DNA of 63,877 nt from contig CM097886.1 in the NCBI GenBank assembly GCA_044892525.1, positions 126,666,124 through 126,730,000 of the forward strand. Reading direction: 5' to 3'. The notes under the pieces were generated by a model. It did no database searches. It was not told the origin of the DNA and saw nothing but the letters and a program-made list of their open reading frames with translations. This document shows, one piece after another, positions 25,095-36,862 of the stretch (the first letter of the stretch is position 1; each line of letters opens with the position of its first letter). The DNA comes from Schmidtea polychroa. Taxonomy: Eukaryota. Made by a program: the position numbers and the translations under genes.

Positions 25095-28000
25095 CTAAAA
25101 TCCATCCGGCGTTTTTATCTTTTTTGTTTTAAATGCATTTTCACATTCGATTGGTGCTATTATTATCGCTTCTGGTGCCCATGTTGGAGTTAATATTGTT
25201 CTCGCTATTTTATTACATACAAAACTTTCCTCTGAATATTTAACGATACATTCTCCTGCCTCAGTGTGAATGAAGTCAGACTCTTGATATATGTGAAAAA
25301 TCTTTGGATCTGCAACAATTAGTTTTGTTGGATTAGCCTCTGGGCAATTTTCTACATCTAATAATGAATATTTCTGTCCCCACTTAGGATTCTGACAGTC
25401 ATACGCTATGATCGCATTATTCCCTTTTATCAGATCTAATAACAATGTTATTACTATAATTACTATTGACATTGTCGACTTTCTTTCTTTTTGACTTGGT
25501 TTCATAGTTGTTTTATTTACTAGATTTTTTACTGTTTCCTCTGTATTATCTATTTCTACATTAATATTATCTTCTACGCTTTCCTGAGCACTTTCTATTA
25601 GACTCTCATCATACAGTATTTTCCATCCTCCCTTTAATTTTATCCATGGCATAGCATCTATCTTTAATTTATTATATATCATTTTAGCGATATTTTCTAT
25701 TTGATTCTTTGGATTCAATCGCAAAAGTTTCTTGTATCTTTCTATTAAATATGCCATTGCCGTAATCACTTTATCTCGATTAACTCCTGTTGTAAATAAT
25801 ATCTTTAACACTGTCTCTTCATTTGCTTCCTCTGCACTCAATTCTCTAATCTCTTTTTCCATTAATTTAATCTTTTTAACTATATTTTTTATTAACGCTG
25901 ATGGTTTTGCTTCCGGAAATCGTCTCGTATTCATTGCTTTAACTAACTCTGTTATCATTTTTATATCCTTGTCATTATCCTGATTTTTTGGGACTTCCTG
26001 TCTCATATTATTTGCAATATCTCTTAAACGCTCTGCTGCCTTTCTGTCATCTGACTTTTCGGCAATTTCCGATTTTCGAGGCCTTCCTCTACCTCGTCTC
26101 ATCGTCTCTGCGTCCTGCATATTTGCTTGTTTCGCAATTTTTTCTATTGTCTCATGTAAATTATCATATTTAGTATCAATAGGTTTAAAGATTTCCTCGC
26201 TAGCTGTTGGTGACCTCATTGCCCCTCCTGAAGAAGCATCCCACAATCTAAATAATTTATCATAGTCATTTTCGTCGTTTATACTCAATTCTACTGATGG
26301 AGTTGGTGTATCAATTTCTTTACTTTCTTGCCTTTCTATTACTGCAGAAATAATATTGTTATCAATGACGTTTACTCCATAGTCAATTATATATTCATTA
26401 TTCATCATTTCTACGCCGTTAAAATACAGTTTCACTTTATCATTATCTCCCAATTTCTCGGGCCAATTGGCTCTAGCCATCTGTTTCACTTTATTCACTT
26501 TTGTGCAAACATGTACCCCTGTACTACGCATAAGTAATCTCGAAAGGTCCTTTGCCTCAATAGTTATATTTAATGACTCATGTAATTTCTGATTTTTTCT
26601 CACAAATTCACCATAGCATTTTATCATTTCTTTCAATTCTATTTCTAATTCAAATACTCTTGTCATATTTTGTCTCTTTACCATTAGTGGTATCAAATTT
26701 CTCAAATATTCTAAGTCAATTCCTTCGACTTGAACTTTATTTATTATACGCAATGTCTCATTATCATCATAAGGCCATTTTTCTAATGTCTCTTTCAATT
26801 CTTCTTTTAACTCTTTACATCTATTTGTTTCTGCAAGAAATTTCTCATCCGCTTCTCTTGCTTCACGAAACTCATCATTATCTATATCTACATCATTGGT
26901 AAAACACTGAAACTCATTTAATGACATTTCTAACTTCCTCTCAATAAGTCTCCCATATTGAGTTTTAAATTCTTTTAATTCCTCCCTCAAACTGTTTATT
27001 TCATCATTAGCTGATATCAACTCAGCGCTATTAATCTGTTTTATCTCAGGCTCATTTTTAAATCTCACTCTATTAGGCGATTCGCTTCGCGCATTATTGC
27101 ATACTTTAGCTAAGTGACCATATTTCTGGCAGTTATAACATTTGATTTGTCCATTAAAATTTACTTTATCTCTACCATCATAATTATAAGGGCTCCCTCG
27201 CCTTTCTCTGTATGAATTCTGTCTATATGGACTTGTCTGTCTACGTCTCAATTCATTTGTATTATCTCTATTATCGTGTCTATTATTTCTATCATATTTA
27301 TTATTTCTCAAATTATTTCTACTAAAATCGACTCTATTATCTCTCGTATAATTATTTCTATTATATTCATAACGATTGTCTCTATCGAAAGTATTTCTAT
27401 TGTTTCTATTCTCAAAATTTCTATTTCTCACATTGTCAAACCTTCTCCTGTTTTCAGGCGATTGAATTCTATCTGGACTCGGGCTTACCCTTCGTCTATT
27501 TTTTACAAAGTTCAAATATAGTTGTTTCATCTCCTCCCAGGGGATGTTGTCATCTGACTTACCCAACTCAGATTTTACCTCTATGGGTTTTTGGATTTCC
27601 ATTGCATCTACATGTGAACTAAATCTATCTCGTTGTATTGCTTCTATACGCTTAGCTTTATGAACTAATTCGTTTAAATTACAATATTCTACCATAATTA
27701 GTGCTTTATATAAATATTTTTGTATACCATTCCAAAACTGATCCTCAATTAATTTTGCTGTGTGCTCCCCTGCACCAAATGCTTTTTTCGCTAACTCCGT
27801 AATTGTATATACATATTCACCAACTGATTCTCTAGTACCCTGATACCTGTTTCTAAATTTTTGAACGTTTATCTTTTGTAAATCGCTATCGATTACTATT
27901 TCTGCTCTCAGATATCTTACGAGTTGCTCAAAATTATTTCCTTTACATTCTAAGTTATTGTATGCCTGTAACGCATAACCTTTTAAATATAGTGGTATTC

Positions 28001-28175
28001 TCATTTTTAACTCATCAGGTGTCCACCCGCAAGCTTCTGCATACTGAGCGATCTCAGTGAAAAAATCGTCGAACTTTTCAGGCTCTCCTCTATATGGTTC
28101 TACTGGTAAAATTTTTATGTAATTATTATTATTATTATTCATTTTATAGACTATTCTATTTCTGAGATTATACAC
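25095..28175 (-). CDS. gag: Gag (capsid, CCHC knuckle, long extension with AT-hook) fused to an internal signal peptide and the N-terminus of a chuvirus-G-like glycoprotein
   Basis: YRGEPEKFDDFF...WTPDE..LYLKGYA capsid motif; CYNCQKYGHLAKVC; RRGRGRPRK; MSIVIIVITLLLDLIKGNNA followed by IIAYDC...YSLLDVENC. Confidence 0.9.
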   Translation of the reverse strand: MYNLRNRIVYKMNNNNNNYIKILPVEPYRGEPEKFDDFFTEIAQYAEACGWTPDELKMRIPLYLKGYALQAYNNLECKGNNFEQLVRYLRAEIVIDSDLQKINVQKFRNRYQGTRESVGEYVYTITELAKKAFGAGEHTAKLIEDQFWNGIQKYLYKALIMVEYCNLNELVHKAKRIEAIQRDRFSSHVDAMEIQKPIEVKSELGKSDDNIPWEEMKQLYLNFVKNRRRVSPSPDRIQSPENRRRFDNVRNRNFENRNNRNTFDRDNRYEYNRNNYTRDNRVDFSRNNLRNNKYDRNNRHDNRDNTNELRRRQTSPYRQNSYRERRGSPYNYDGRDKVNFNGQIKCYNCQKYGHLAKVCNNARSESPNRVRFKNEPEIKQINSAELISANDEINSLREELKEFKTQYGRLIERKLEMSLNEFQCFTNDVDIDNDEFREAREADEKFLAETNRCKELKEELKETLEKWPYDDNETLRIINKVQVEGIDLEYLRNLIPLMVKRQNMTRVFELEIELKEMIKCYGEFVRKNQKLHESLNITIEAKDLSRLLMRSTGVHVCTKVNKVKQMARANWPEKLGDNDKVKLYFNGVEMMNNEYIIDYGVNVIDNNIISAVIERQESKEIDTPTPSVELSINDENDYDKLFRLWDASSGGAMRSPTASEEIFKPIDTKYDNLHETIEKIAKQANMQDAETMRRGRGRPRKSEIAEKSDDRKAAERLRDIANNMRQEVPKNQDNDKDIKMITELVKAMNTRRFPEAKPSALIKNIVKKIKLMEKEIRELSAEEANEETVLKILFTTGVNRDKVITAMAYLIERYKKLLRLNPKNQIENIAKMIYNKLKIDAMPWIKLKGGWKILYDESLIESAQESVEDNINVEIDNTEETVKNLVNKTTMKPSQKERKSTMSIVIIVITLLLDLIKGNNAIIAYDCQNPKWGQKYSLLDVENCPEANPTKLIVADPKIFHIYQESDFIHTEAGECIVKYSEESFVCNKIARTILTPTWAPEAIIIAPIECENAFKTKKIKTPDGF

Positions 28176-28368
28176 TATTTCGGGTTGATTATCTATTTTA
28201 TCTTTTCGAATTATTTAATAATTTTCAAAACTGAATTTATTTATTTAAAAATTGGTCAATGATATTGTTTTTTTTTTTTATAAATATATTTTCCCAATAT
28301 AAAATACTATACCCTCTGATCTCAATTCCTATCCCCCAAATTGTGAATAACAATAATTGATTTTAAAG

Positions 28369-28386
28369 TCCCGGTTCGCGGCACCA
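28369..28386 (-). promoter_or_regulatory. Primer binding site, tRNA-Phe-like
   Basis: TGGTGCCGCGAACCGGGA 2 nt after the 5' LTR; complementary to a tRNA 3' end TCCCGGTTCGCGGCACCA, resembling invertebrate tRNA-Phe ends (tRNA identity is inferred). Confidence 0.8.
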
Positions 28387-28388
28387 AA

Positions 28389-29478
28389 TGTTGAGGTCTC
28401 GATATTCGGGAACACTCAACTTACTGGTTCTTATATATATAACAAAACAAATAAAGACGTATATAAAGGTTTATTGAAAGTAAAATTTACCAAATATAAT
28501 CCAATTACAATTCTGAACAATCGATACTCGTTTGTTAAATTCTCCAACTGAAATGCGTGCAAAAGAAAGTATGTTTATTGTTATTTGTTGTGTGTGCGTG
28601 TTGTGTCTTCGTAAGCTTTTACTATTTGTGAATCGTTTTGTGCTGATTCAAATGATTGAATTATCCTCAGGATTTACCTTCGAATATAAAATCTTTGCGC
28701 TATTTTTGGGCGACTAAAACTAATTTTTCGTCGCTATTTATATAAAATTTTAGGGCAGCTGTTATTTTATAAATTAATTATTATTATTTTTTATAGTTTA
28801 AATAATTAGTTTTCGTTTTATTTCAAGAGGCACTTATTAATTATTCAATTTTTTCCATACGACTATTATCTTGTTTTGAAGAACACTTATTATTTCTAGA
28901 ATATTTTTTCAGCTGATTATGAATAAAATTTTTCAACTGTTTAAAGAATTTATAAAATTTTTTGTTATATTGAATATCGAATTAAAATTAATTAAAATTT
29001 ATTGTTATCAAATTAAAATTATTAAAATATTTTTCCCTTGTATATAATTAAGATGTTAACTAATAAAATCTATTAAATACATACACCCGATAAAATATTA
29101 ACATTCTACATAAATATTCAAACGGAAAATAAGATAAAAATATTCAGACGGAAAATAAGATAAAATATACATATAAATAAGATAAAATATACATGGATTG
29201 TCACAATTGTTAATAAGATAGAATAGTCAATTATATTTACACAATTGTTGATAAGATAGAATATGCATAGTTTGCTCGACGATTTAGTCAGTTTTCAGAT
29301 TGCTGGGTTGTCTTTGGGTTGAATTGATTTGCTTGAAATTGGGTTGGAATATTTATTGTTGGAATATTTATCTATCTGCGCTCTTCGGCGTACACATTTA
29401 CTCTATATTTTTTGGGCCCTGTCCTGTAGTATTTGTCTAGGGTAAATGTAGTGATGGGCCTACCCTCATCATCTAACA
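28389..29478 (-). repeat. 5' LTR (1090 bp)
   Basis: Direct repeat of 15880-16969, followed by the PBS on the minus strand. Confidence 0.97.
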
Positions 29479-29503
29479 CAATACAATATATGATGAATTT
29501 CCT

Positions 29504-29640
29504 ATATTGAATTTCAAAACAATATTCAAAATAGCCAATATTTCATATTGAATTTCAAAACAATATTCAAAATAGCCAATATTTCATATTGAATTTCAAA
29601 ACAATATTCAATACTTATTGAATTTCAAAGCAGTATTCAA
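29504..29640. repeat. 41-bp tandem repeat (~2.6 copies plus a degenerate copy), likely hAT subterminal array
   Basis: atattgaatttcaaaacaatattcaaaatagccaatatttc at 29504, 29545 and 29586; adjacent to a hAT transposase fragment. Confidence 0.8.
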
Positions 29641-29699
29641 TATATATTGTTTTTGTCAATATATTGATTTGTTCAATAAACTGATATGGAGGATTCAGG

Positions 29700-30010
29700 A
29701 GCCCACGATCCTCTCAGTTCAAGGTAGTCAAAATAGCACTGCTTTGACATCTGTTGCCAAGGAAATGAAAGATTGCCTATTACTAATCAAGCCACCAAAG
29801 GGAACTGATGCACTTGACTGGTGGAGGATTCATAGTGAAAGGTTTCCATTACTTTCTTCCATGGCAAGACACTACTTAGCCATTCCAGCATCCTCAGCTT
29901 CTTCAGAAAGGACATTTTCCAAAACAGGTCAAATTGTAAACTGTCACCGAAAAAATTTAGCACCTGAACAGGTGAACAAATTGATATTCATTCATGAAAA
30001 CTTGAATAAA
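29700..30010 (+). mobile_element. hAT transposase C-terminal dimerisation domain fragment
   Basis: LDWWRIHSERFPLLSSMARHYLAIPASSASSERTFSKTG...LAPEQVNKLIFIHEN. Confidence 0.9.
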
Positions 30011-30845
30011 GTTTCAATTTCAAAACTGGACTTGTTGTTTTATTTTTTATCTTTAAATATATAAACAACAATCAAGAATTAAGATTAGACACAAATAAAC
30101 AATGAATGTATGAAATTATTATTTTAAATTTTTAAAAATGAGGAATTTCCTTTGGAGCCTCTTCGTTCAGATATCGATTCGGATCCTTCTCTCGTTTTTA
30201 TTCATTTCTCGATTCCGCAAATTTTTATTAATCGATTTCTGGATAAACTTTATCAATAACTTCCTAACTATAATCGAATTATAATCATAATTATAACTAT
30301 AATCGAATTCATGTTAAGGTTAAGAGGTACCCTAATTCAATTCATTATCTCCATCGAGCATATATTCGCCTCGAAGTACCTAAAATTGACTAACTTCATA
30401 GAAATGTCTCGAATAATTTTAAATTACTTGATATAAATTGTTGTTTTTACGAAATTAAAATTTTTACAAATAATTCAACAATTCTTACTACTGCATGCCT
30501 GCTGACAAATTCGAATTCCTTCAGATATCCTTTCTTTGTGATGAGCTTGTTGCTGGGAATCTTTCTTCTAGAACGTTGATCATTCGCTCTTCTGCCTTAA
30601 CTAAGTCTCCAAATTATCATCTGTATTAATTCGAGAAACAGAGAATCCGAATTTTGTTGACCGGCCTCACTCATACTCTTTTCCCTCTAGACTAAACTAC
30701 TTACGGGTATTTATATGTCCATACTTGTGTTATCTGTAGTGCATAAAAATTGTGATTATTCGCAAAATATTCCAATTATGATTTCAGTTTATATTAATAA
30801 TTTAACGAAATTTTATCGACTGTTATCATCAAACAAATTGTTTAA

Positions 30846-31042
30846 CCGTTTGCGGACGGTAGGCCAGCAGTGCTGGCCACGAACTTTGTTCCAGACGTTA
30901 TACAATGTATAATGGCCAGCTGTACTGGCCAAACTTTAAAAAAATTATACCACGATATCGGACATTCGTATACTAAAAGATTTTATGCTAAAAATAATAT
31001 ATTAAAATACTACTTATTAAAATTAATTCTGTCCGCAAACGG
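30846..31042. mobile_element. piggyBac-type MITE (197 bp)
   Basis: Perfect 12-bp TIR CCGTTTGCGGAC / GTCCGCAAACGG flanked on both sides by TTAA. Confidence 0.9.
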
Positions 31043-32380
31043 TTAATAAAAGAAAATTAAAAAATGGAAAAATTATTATCCGGAAATTTTCTGTCGTCAC
31101 AATGGCATTCCAAAAGGTATATAAGAGTTAAGCATTGAAAACTTGGTTCATTCATCAAGGTTCATTCTGCTTTCGGTCATCATCTCGATCCTAATGCTTT
31201 ATGTTATGACTGAAAAATTCTGCAAATTAATGGTATAAACAAAAATGATAAAATAAAATCTGATCCTGAACCTATCCCATGAGCTTATACCCAAAGATTC
31301 ACCTTAAATCACCTAAATCAAATGAATATTGACAAAACCATTTTTTAAAAATATATTGACTTCGAGATTTTTACATTAATTTCTTTATTTTACAAAATCT
31401 TTTGGATTTATAAAAACATAACAGTGAGATGAAATTTTTATCTTTGATGCAGGAATCGATGAAAATCTTTCGCTCCTTTCTCTTCCTAAATGTAGGTTAG
31501 ATTTAATGTTGAAAGGTGTATCAATCTCCGAATATTCTTAAGATTCGATAATTTGTGTGATTTCCCAGTTGGTCTTTCTTTGTTTGGTCTTCTTTGTCGA
31601 CTTGCTGTTTTCTGTAGCTTTCTAGTGTTCTTTCGGTAGATTCTTTGTAGTTTTCTTCCGGTATATTATTTTTGGTAGAATTTTTTGTGTTTGATGATAG
31701 ATTTTTTCCGTGTGTGAGTGGTTTTTATTTTTTGTTTTGTGTTTATTTTTAATGCTAGGGTATTTATACCCTTTATTTAACCCAGGTAGGACCTCACGCT
31801 ATCTGAGTTTTAATGCAAAAATTTCTCGCGGGTGCTCAGTGTGTCATTATAAGCAACCTACCAGCTGGCTGAGCAAGTTAAGGTAGGCGCCATTGAATTA
31901 GTATATACCTTTTTAACGAAAAAAAAAGTCTATTTCAATAAAGTCTAAATTTAGACAAAAATTGTAATTGTTTAAACTTTCTTTCCGGCCATATTTCACT
32001 TCTCATTTTGCTCCAAATCTCTTTTTCCTTGTACTGTTTTTTCCTTATTCCCTCCTCTCTCTGGGTTTCCATTCCGGGAATTTTCTGGTAATTTGGAATT
32101 TTTATTTTTCCTTATTTTTCACATTTTTCCTCCAATTGTCAGTACCGATATTCTATCTATTCGTTGTTATGTTCTTCGTATTTCCCATCTTTTATTGATC
32201 GCTTATGGGCCTTATTGGAGTTATATTTGCAAATTTTTGTAATTTTTACTCATTGATTTTCTTGTTTTAGTTGGTGTTGTGTGTATTTTCGGTTTTTTGG
32301 TATTTTATTCCTTATTCCTACTTTATTTGCAAATTTCACTTTTTAATTAACTTTTGTGTTATATTTTCTGTTCATTCTCA

Positions 32381-32386
<6 letters not shown>

Positions 32387-32472
<86 letters not shown>
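32387..32472. repeat. (TA)n microsatellite
   Basis: ~43 TA units. Confidence 0.97.
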
Positions 32473-32475
<3 letters not shown>

Positions 32476-34568
32476 ACCTTTATATAGCTAATTCTATAGT
32501 TGATTTTTTTGCGTTTTTTCCTGTTTGTTTTTTAGATTTAGACAAGCAATAATTACTTTTTCAGTTTTTACCTTATGAGGAAGTTGAAAGATTCTTAAAT
32601 ATTTATTAGAAATTTTGTTAAATTTAAAATATATTTTTATTGAAAAATATTTTAAAAAGAAGACCGAAATTTATCATTTTTAAAAAATATTTTTATCAAA
32701 GAATATTTAAAGAAAACTGAAATTTGTTTAAATAACAAAAATAAGAAGAGACAAGTTTTGAGTATATAATTTATTAAATTAAATTTATAGGATTATTTAG
32801 TGATTTGAAAACGGATATTAATGTTCTCACGGATGAGAATCCTAATATACCTTATATAACTTTAATACTATTATATGTGTAAAATGAATTAATAATGAAT
32901 TATATTTTTAATGCACATAATACGAATTCTTGAAGAGTTTTGTCAGTTCGAAAAATACTTATTATGAAATCACTTAAAAAACTCTCGTCGTTTCGATTTC
33001 GTTATTTTTGCTTTTGATCTTATCTATCTATTTGATTCACTTAGATTAAATTATTAACTCAGCGATATTTCTTTACTAAAATACAAAAATGATAATTAAC
33101 CATTTAAATTCTCATTTCCTTCCCGGAGCTTTTTTTTCACCAGGACCTGTATACTGGAGATTCATTTCTTCATCGTTTTACGTTTTTGAGAATTTGAGCC
33201 TCTTGTGTTTTTCTTTATTTCGTATTATTTTTGTACTGATTTCGTGTTGTTACATATATTATTTTAAACTCGGGTGGAACTTCACCTTAACGAGTTTATC
33301 GTACATCTTCTTGCGGGTGCTTAGTTCGTCATTCTGAGCACTCGATCAATTATTAATCTTGCTTAAGCAATTGCTGTTGTTTCAGCACCCAATTATTTTA
33401 TAGTTAAAAATTTTGCAATTGATATGTCCAAATTTGGACTTTAAAATATAATTTTTGTTTTTCGTTTCGTATTGTATTTTATCTTTTTATTTTTTTCTTT
33501 CTCGTTTTATTTCATTTTAATTTATTTTGTCCTCGTATTTTCTCATTGTTTCTCGTCTTTATTTGAATTTTCTGCCTTTCTCTCGAATTGTTGTACTGCT
33601 ACAGCATAAAAACGGGATTTGTCCTAATTATTGCCCAACAATTTTATACACTCAATTCGATCTGATACCTCGTGGCTTGCTCTTACAGGATCTAGATGGT
33701 TTTTTTGGACCTTTTGCGTCTCAATGTGTTTAAACTACATCGCTATTAGCGCACGGAAGTGCTCTTCTTTTTTTCTTCCAGAACAGATAGGTATTTTTCC
33801 TAAGCTATTCTAAATTTTCTTCACTGAAATACAAATCGGCAAAATCGCAAGATCATGAAATAAAGCTGCAGAAGAATGATTGTCAGGCAGAGGTAGTCTG
33901 GTTTAAGGACCACAAATAAAATGGGTTATTCTTCAAATTAGGCCGATTTGAAATTAGAAACTATCGCCATTTTTCCTCAGGTAGGGACAAAATATTTAAG
34001 AGACGGATTTGAGGATATATTAAATTCATTGGAAGTAGGTTAAACGAAGGATTAATAGATCAATTAGGATCAGATAATTGAAGGTGATTATAGTATCAAG
34101 CGCAAGAAATCCTACCGCCGGAGCGGAACTCGTAAAGTAGTCATAACCAATTTTATTTCTTGCTGTGCAATTTGTGGTATATAATTGTAAATACAAATAT
34201 ACATAGGGAGTGTTGTGTATTATTTTATAAAACATCAGGAGTCAGAACTACCGACTAGAATTATCTATTTAATTAAAACCCAACACTGCGCTGATAAGTA
34301 AGTCTATTTTATTTAAAATTCGTTATTGTAATTAATCAAAGCAATCGTTGGTGTTAGTTATTAATTTATAATTTCACCAACAAACGCCAAAACATTTAAA
34401 GTTTAAAATATTTCGAGAGGTAGACTCAAAAATTTCAATAGGAAATATATATAATTCTCAAGTTATTATGATAACATAAAGGATAACATAAAGTTCTTAC
34501 GCTCATAGGTTGTAAGATAATTATAAATCTTATATCCGAGCTGATGAAATTTGACTTACACATATGGC

Positions 34569-35226
34569 CAGGGGCGCTCCAAGCGTGCGTTGCACGCAGA
34601 CGCCCATTTGAAAGGGCGGCAAATTTGAAATAATAACCATTTGCAAAAAAAATAATTTCATTTTGTAAAATAAAAAAAAATACGACTATTCTATCATTGA
34701 ACGCACTCCAGCTTAATTTTCATATACCTATCATTATCTTGTCAAAGTCATTTAGTGTTTTAATTTTTGATCCAAATCAACATTTCAAGTTTTAAAATTT
34801 ATAAAAATCGATAAAAGATTTTTATTTAAAAAAAATAGATACATTACGTTTTGTTAGATTAGAAAGCAGGATTATATTATAGAATTTGGTAATTATAATG
34901 CAATGTTTTCTATATTTTTGTTAACCAATTTTGTAATGATGTACGTTAGATATTTATTATTTGTATGATCCTTTGATATGCTCCAGGAACGTTTTGCAAT
35001 TGAACAAGGCAAGAAAAGTCTCTTTGTGAGTAGTAAACTATTAATTTCATAAACTTTCTCTGTTTTGTGATTAATAAACTATTATTTTCATAATTTATTG
35101 CATGTGATATGTGTGTTAATTCCGCAGTTTTTATTTTGGATTATTGAGAAATTTTTTAAAGAAAGGACTGAGCGCGACAAGAAATTATTTTGCACGCAGG
35201 CGGCTTAACAATTCGGCGCGCCTCTG
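34569..35226. mobile_element. Non-autonomous hAT-type element (658 bp)
   Basis: Imperfect TIR CAGGGGCGCTCC vs CAGAGGCGCGCC (rc); 8-bp TSD catatggc/cttatggc (7/8 match). Confidence 0.7.
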
Positions 35227-35517
35227 CTTATGGCACTATTATATTTATTAACTTTTACCGCACGTTTTTTAAGAGCTGAAAATCAACGGATGAAGAAGTC
35301 AACTAACCTGTTTAGTTAAATTATTGCATAAGATTGAGCTAAAAAAACGTTTTACAAGCAACGCATTCAATAATTATCCCATTTGATAATTCTTTTTGCC
35401 CAAATGAAATCAGACAATATTGATAATATTATTTCACTCGTTAACATTTTCCTTAGTGCAAAATGATTCCTTACATCTCTTATGATAAACTCTTACTGAC
35501 CTCATCACATGTAAATA

Positions 35518-36513
35518 TCAAAATGCTGTCGATTCTTCCTCATATTTAACGTTTTGAACATTTTCAAACGCATCCACCGGAATTGAATTTGAATGACGCA
35601 AAACGTTTTCCCCATAGTTTGATTTGCGATTTCCAATTTGCTCTTTATTTTTCTGAAAATAGTCTCCTCTAGTACTCTTGCGAGCAAATCGCTTGACTGA
35701 CTTAATGAATATTTTGCCCACCACGAAAAAAAGCCAGAGCCTCGATATATAAGAGATATAGAGGTAACTAATGAAGAAAAATAGGTAGGTGGACAGGTAT
35801 CTAGAAACTGAACCGTATTCCAGTTGATTAAAGAAATGCTCGTAGAAAGTAACCAAATTTATTGGGAACTTCAACGAAATGTAACTCCATACAACGAAGG
35901 ATTCTTCATACCTTATATTGAGGGTTAATTTTAAGAAATATAATTCTCCCAAGAATACTATAAAACATATGAGACTTGTTATTAGAATTTTCAACAACTT
36001 TGACGAAATTATCGCGCATGTTCTTGATGAATAATTTGATTTACTGCGATTCAAGCGCTCCCTGCAGAATTGATCCCAACTTATTCGCACCTTAATCAAT
36101 CGGTGCAAGCGCATCATCTGAACGGCCAGAAAAATACAGCAGATTTGAGTGGAAAGGTAGCAAAGGTATACCAACAACATGTAGCTACAGAAGGCCTTAT
36201 CAGTCAATGAGACATGGATAGTTTCTACAGAATAAATTTATATAGACACTCGCTCAATGAAAACCTAACCAAATCCCAATAGTATCAGCGATCCTACTAG
36301 ATAAGATTTCATAAAATTTCGTGAGCATCCGGTTCCATTATTTTCTAGGCATTTCAAACGTTTTGGGATTTGAGCCTTAAATAAAAAGAATGGAAGACTT
36401 TTGACGTCGTCCACATGAATGATGTATTCGACAAAAACAAGGCACAAAATGAGGATAACAACGGCGAATTTGATCAAGAACAGATTCCAAATGAATATGC
36501 ATCGGCGAGACAT
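35518..36513 (-). CDS. Multi-pass membrane protein, GPCR/chemoreceptor-like (exons 36270-36513 and 35518-36224; 316 aa)
   Basis: A 45-bp GT-AG intron (36225-36269) joins two hydrophobic ORFs in phase; TM3-like FCSYMLLVYLCYLSTQICCIFLAVQMMRLHRL; several further hydrophobic helices. Confidence 0.6.
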
Positions 36514-36862
36514 GAATTTAATTAACTAATTGATTAATAAAATTAATCATTAACCACAAATTTCAAATTTAATTCTACTGCTTTTTTGATTTTGACAAAC
36601 TGAGGCTCGGAGCAGTCAGCAATCCACATCAAACAAGCAGTAAATTTTATGTAAATGTGAACCGATATAGTATATTTCTTTTCATAATCAATTCCAATAT
36701 CGTGATGGTTCACTTTAGCTATTTATTAATTAGACAGGACTGCCAAAATATCGGACAGCAACCTATTTTTAATGGGTATACAACAGAATCACGAGCTGGA
36801 TTATCAATTGGAGATTAGTGCAAATTAATAGGTTAAATAAATAAAAAAAATAAATAAAATGT

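Larger units (their letters stand above)
15880..29478 (-). mobile_element. Full-length 13.6-kb Ty3/Gypsy (Metaviridae) LTR element carrying glycoprotein genes
   Basis: Two 1090-bp near-identical LTRs with TG...CA ends, 4-bp TSD CAAT (15876-15879 and 29479-29482), PBS, PPT, gag and pol domains in Gypsy order (PR-RT-RH-IN). Confidence 0.97.

Noticed and set aside
24950-25100. Stop-codon reassignment or programmed readthrough explaining the TAG/TGA in the glycoprotein
   Set aside because: Host genes and the 1880-aa Pol use the standard code. The relative at 41.8-42.1 kb has ordinary sense codons at those positions, and the stops lie mid-ectodomain.
29504-29640. CRISPR-like array
   Set aside because: Head-to-tail tandem units without unique spacers, in a eukaryotic context with no cas genes.
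32271-32552. ORF with an IYIY run
   Set aside because: Translation of a (TA)n microsatellite.
31500-34300. Possible additional degenerate LTR element
   Set aside because: Compositional skew only; no recognisable domains, LTR pair or TSD.
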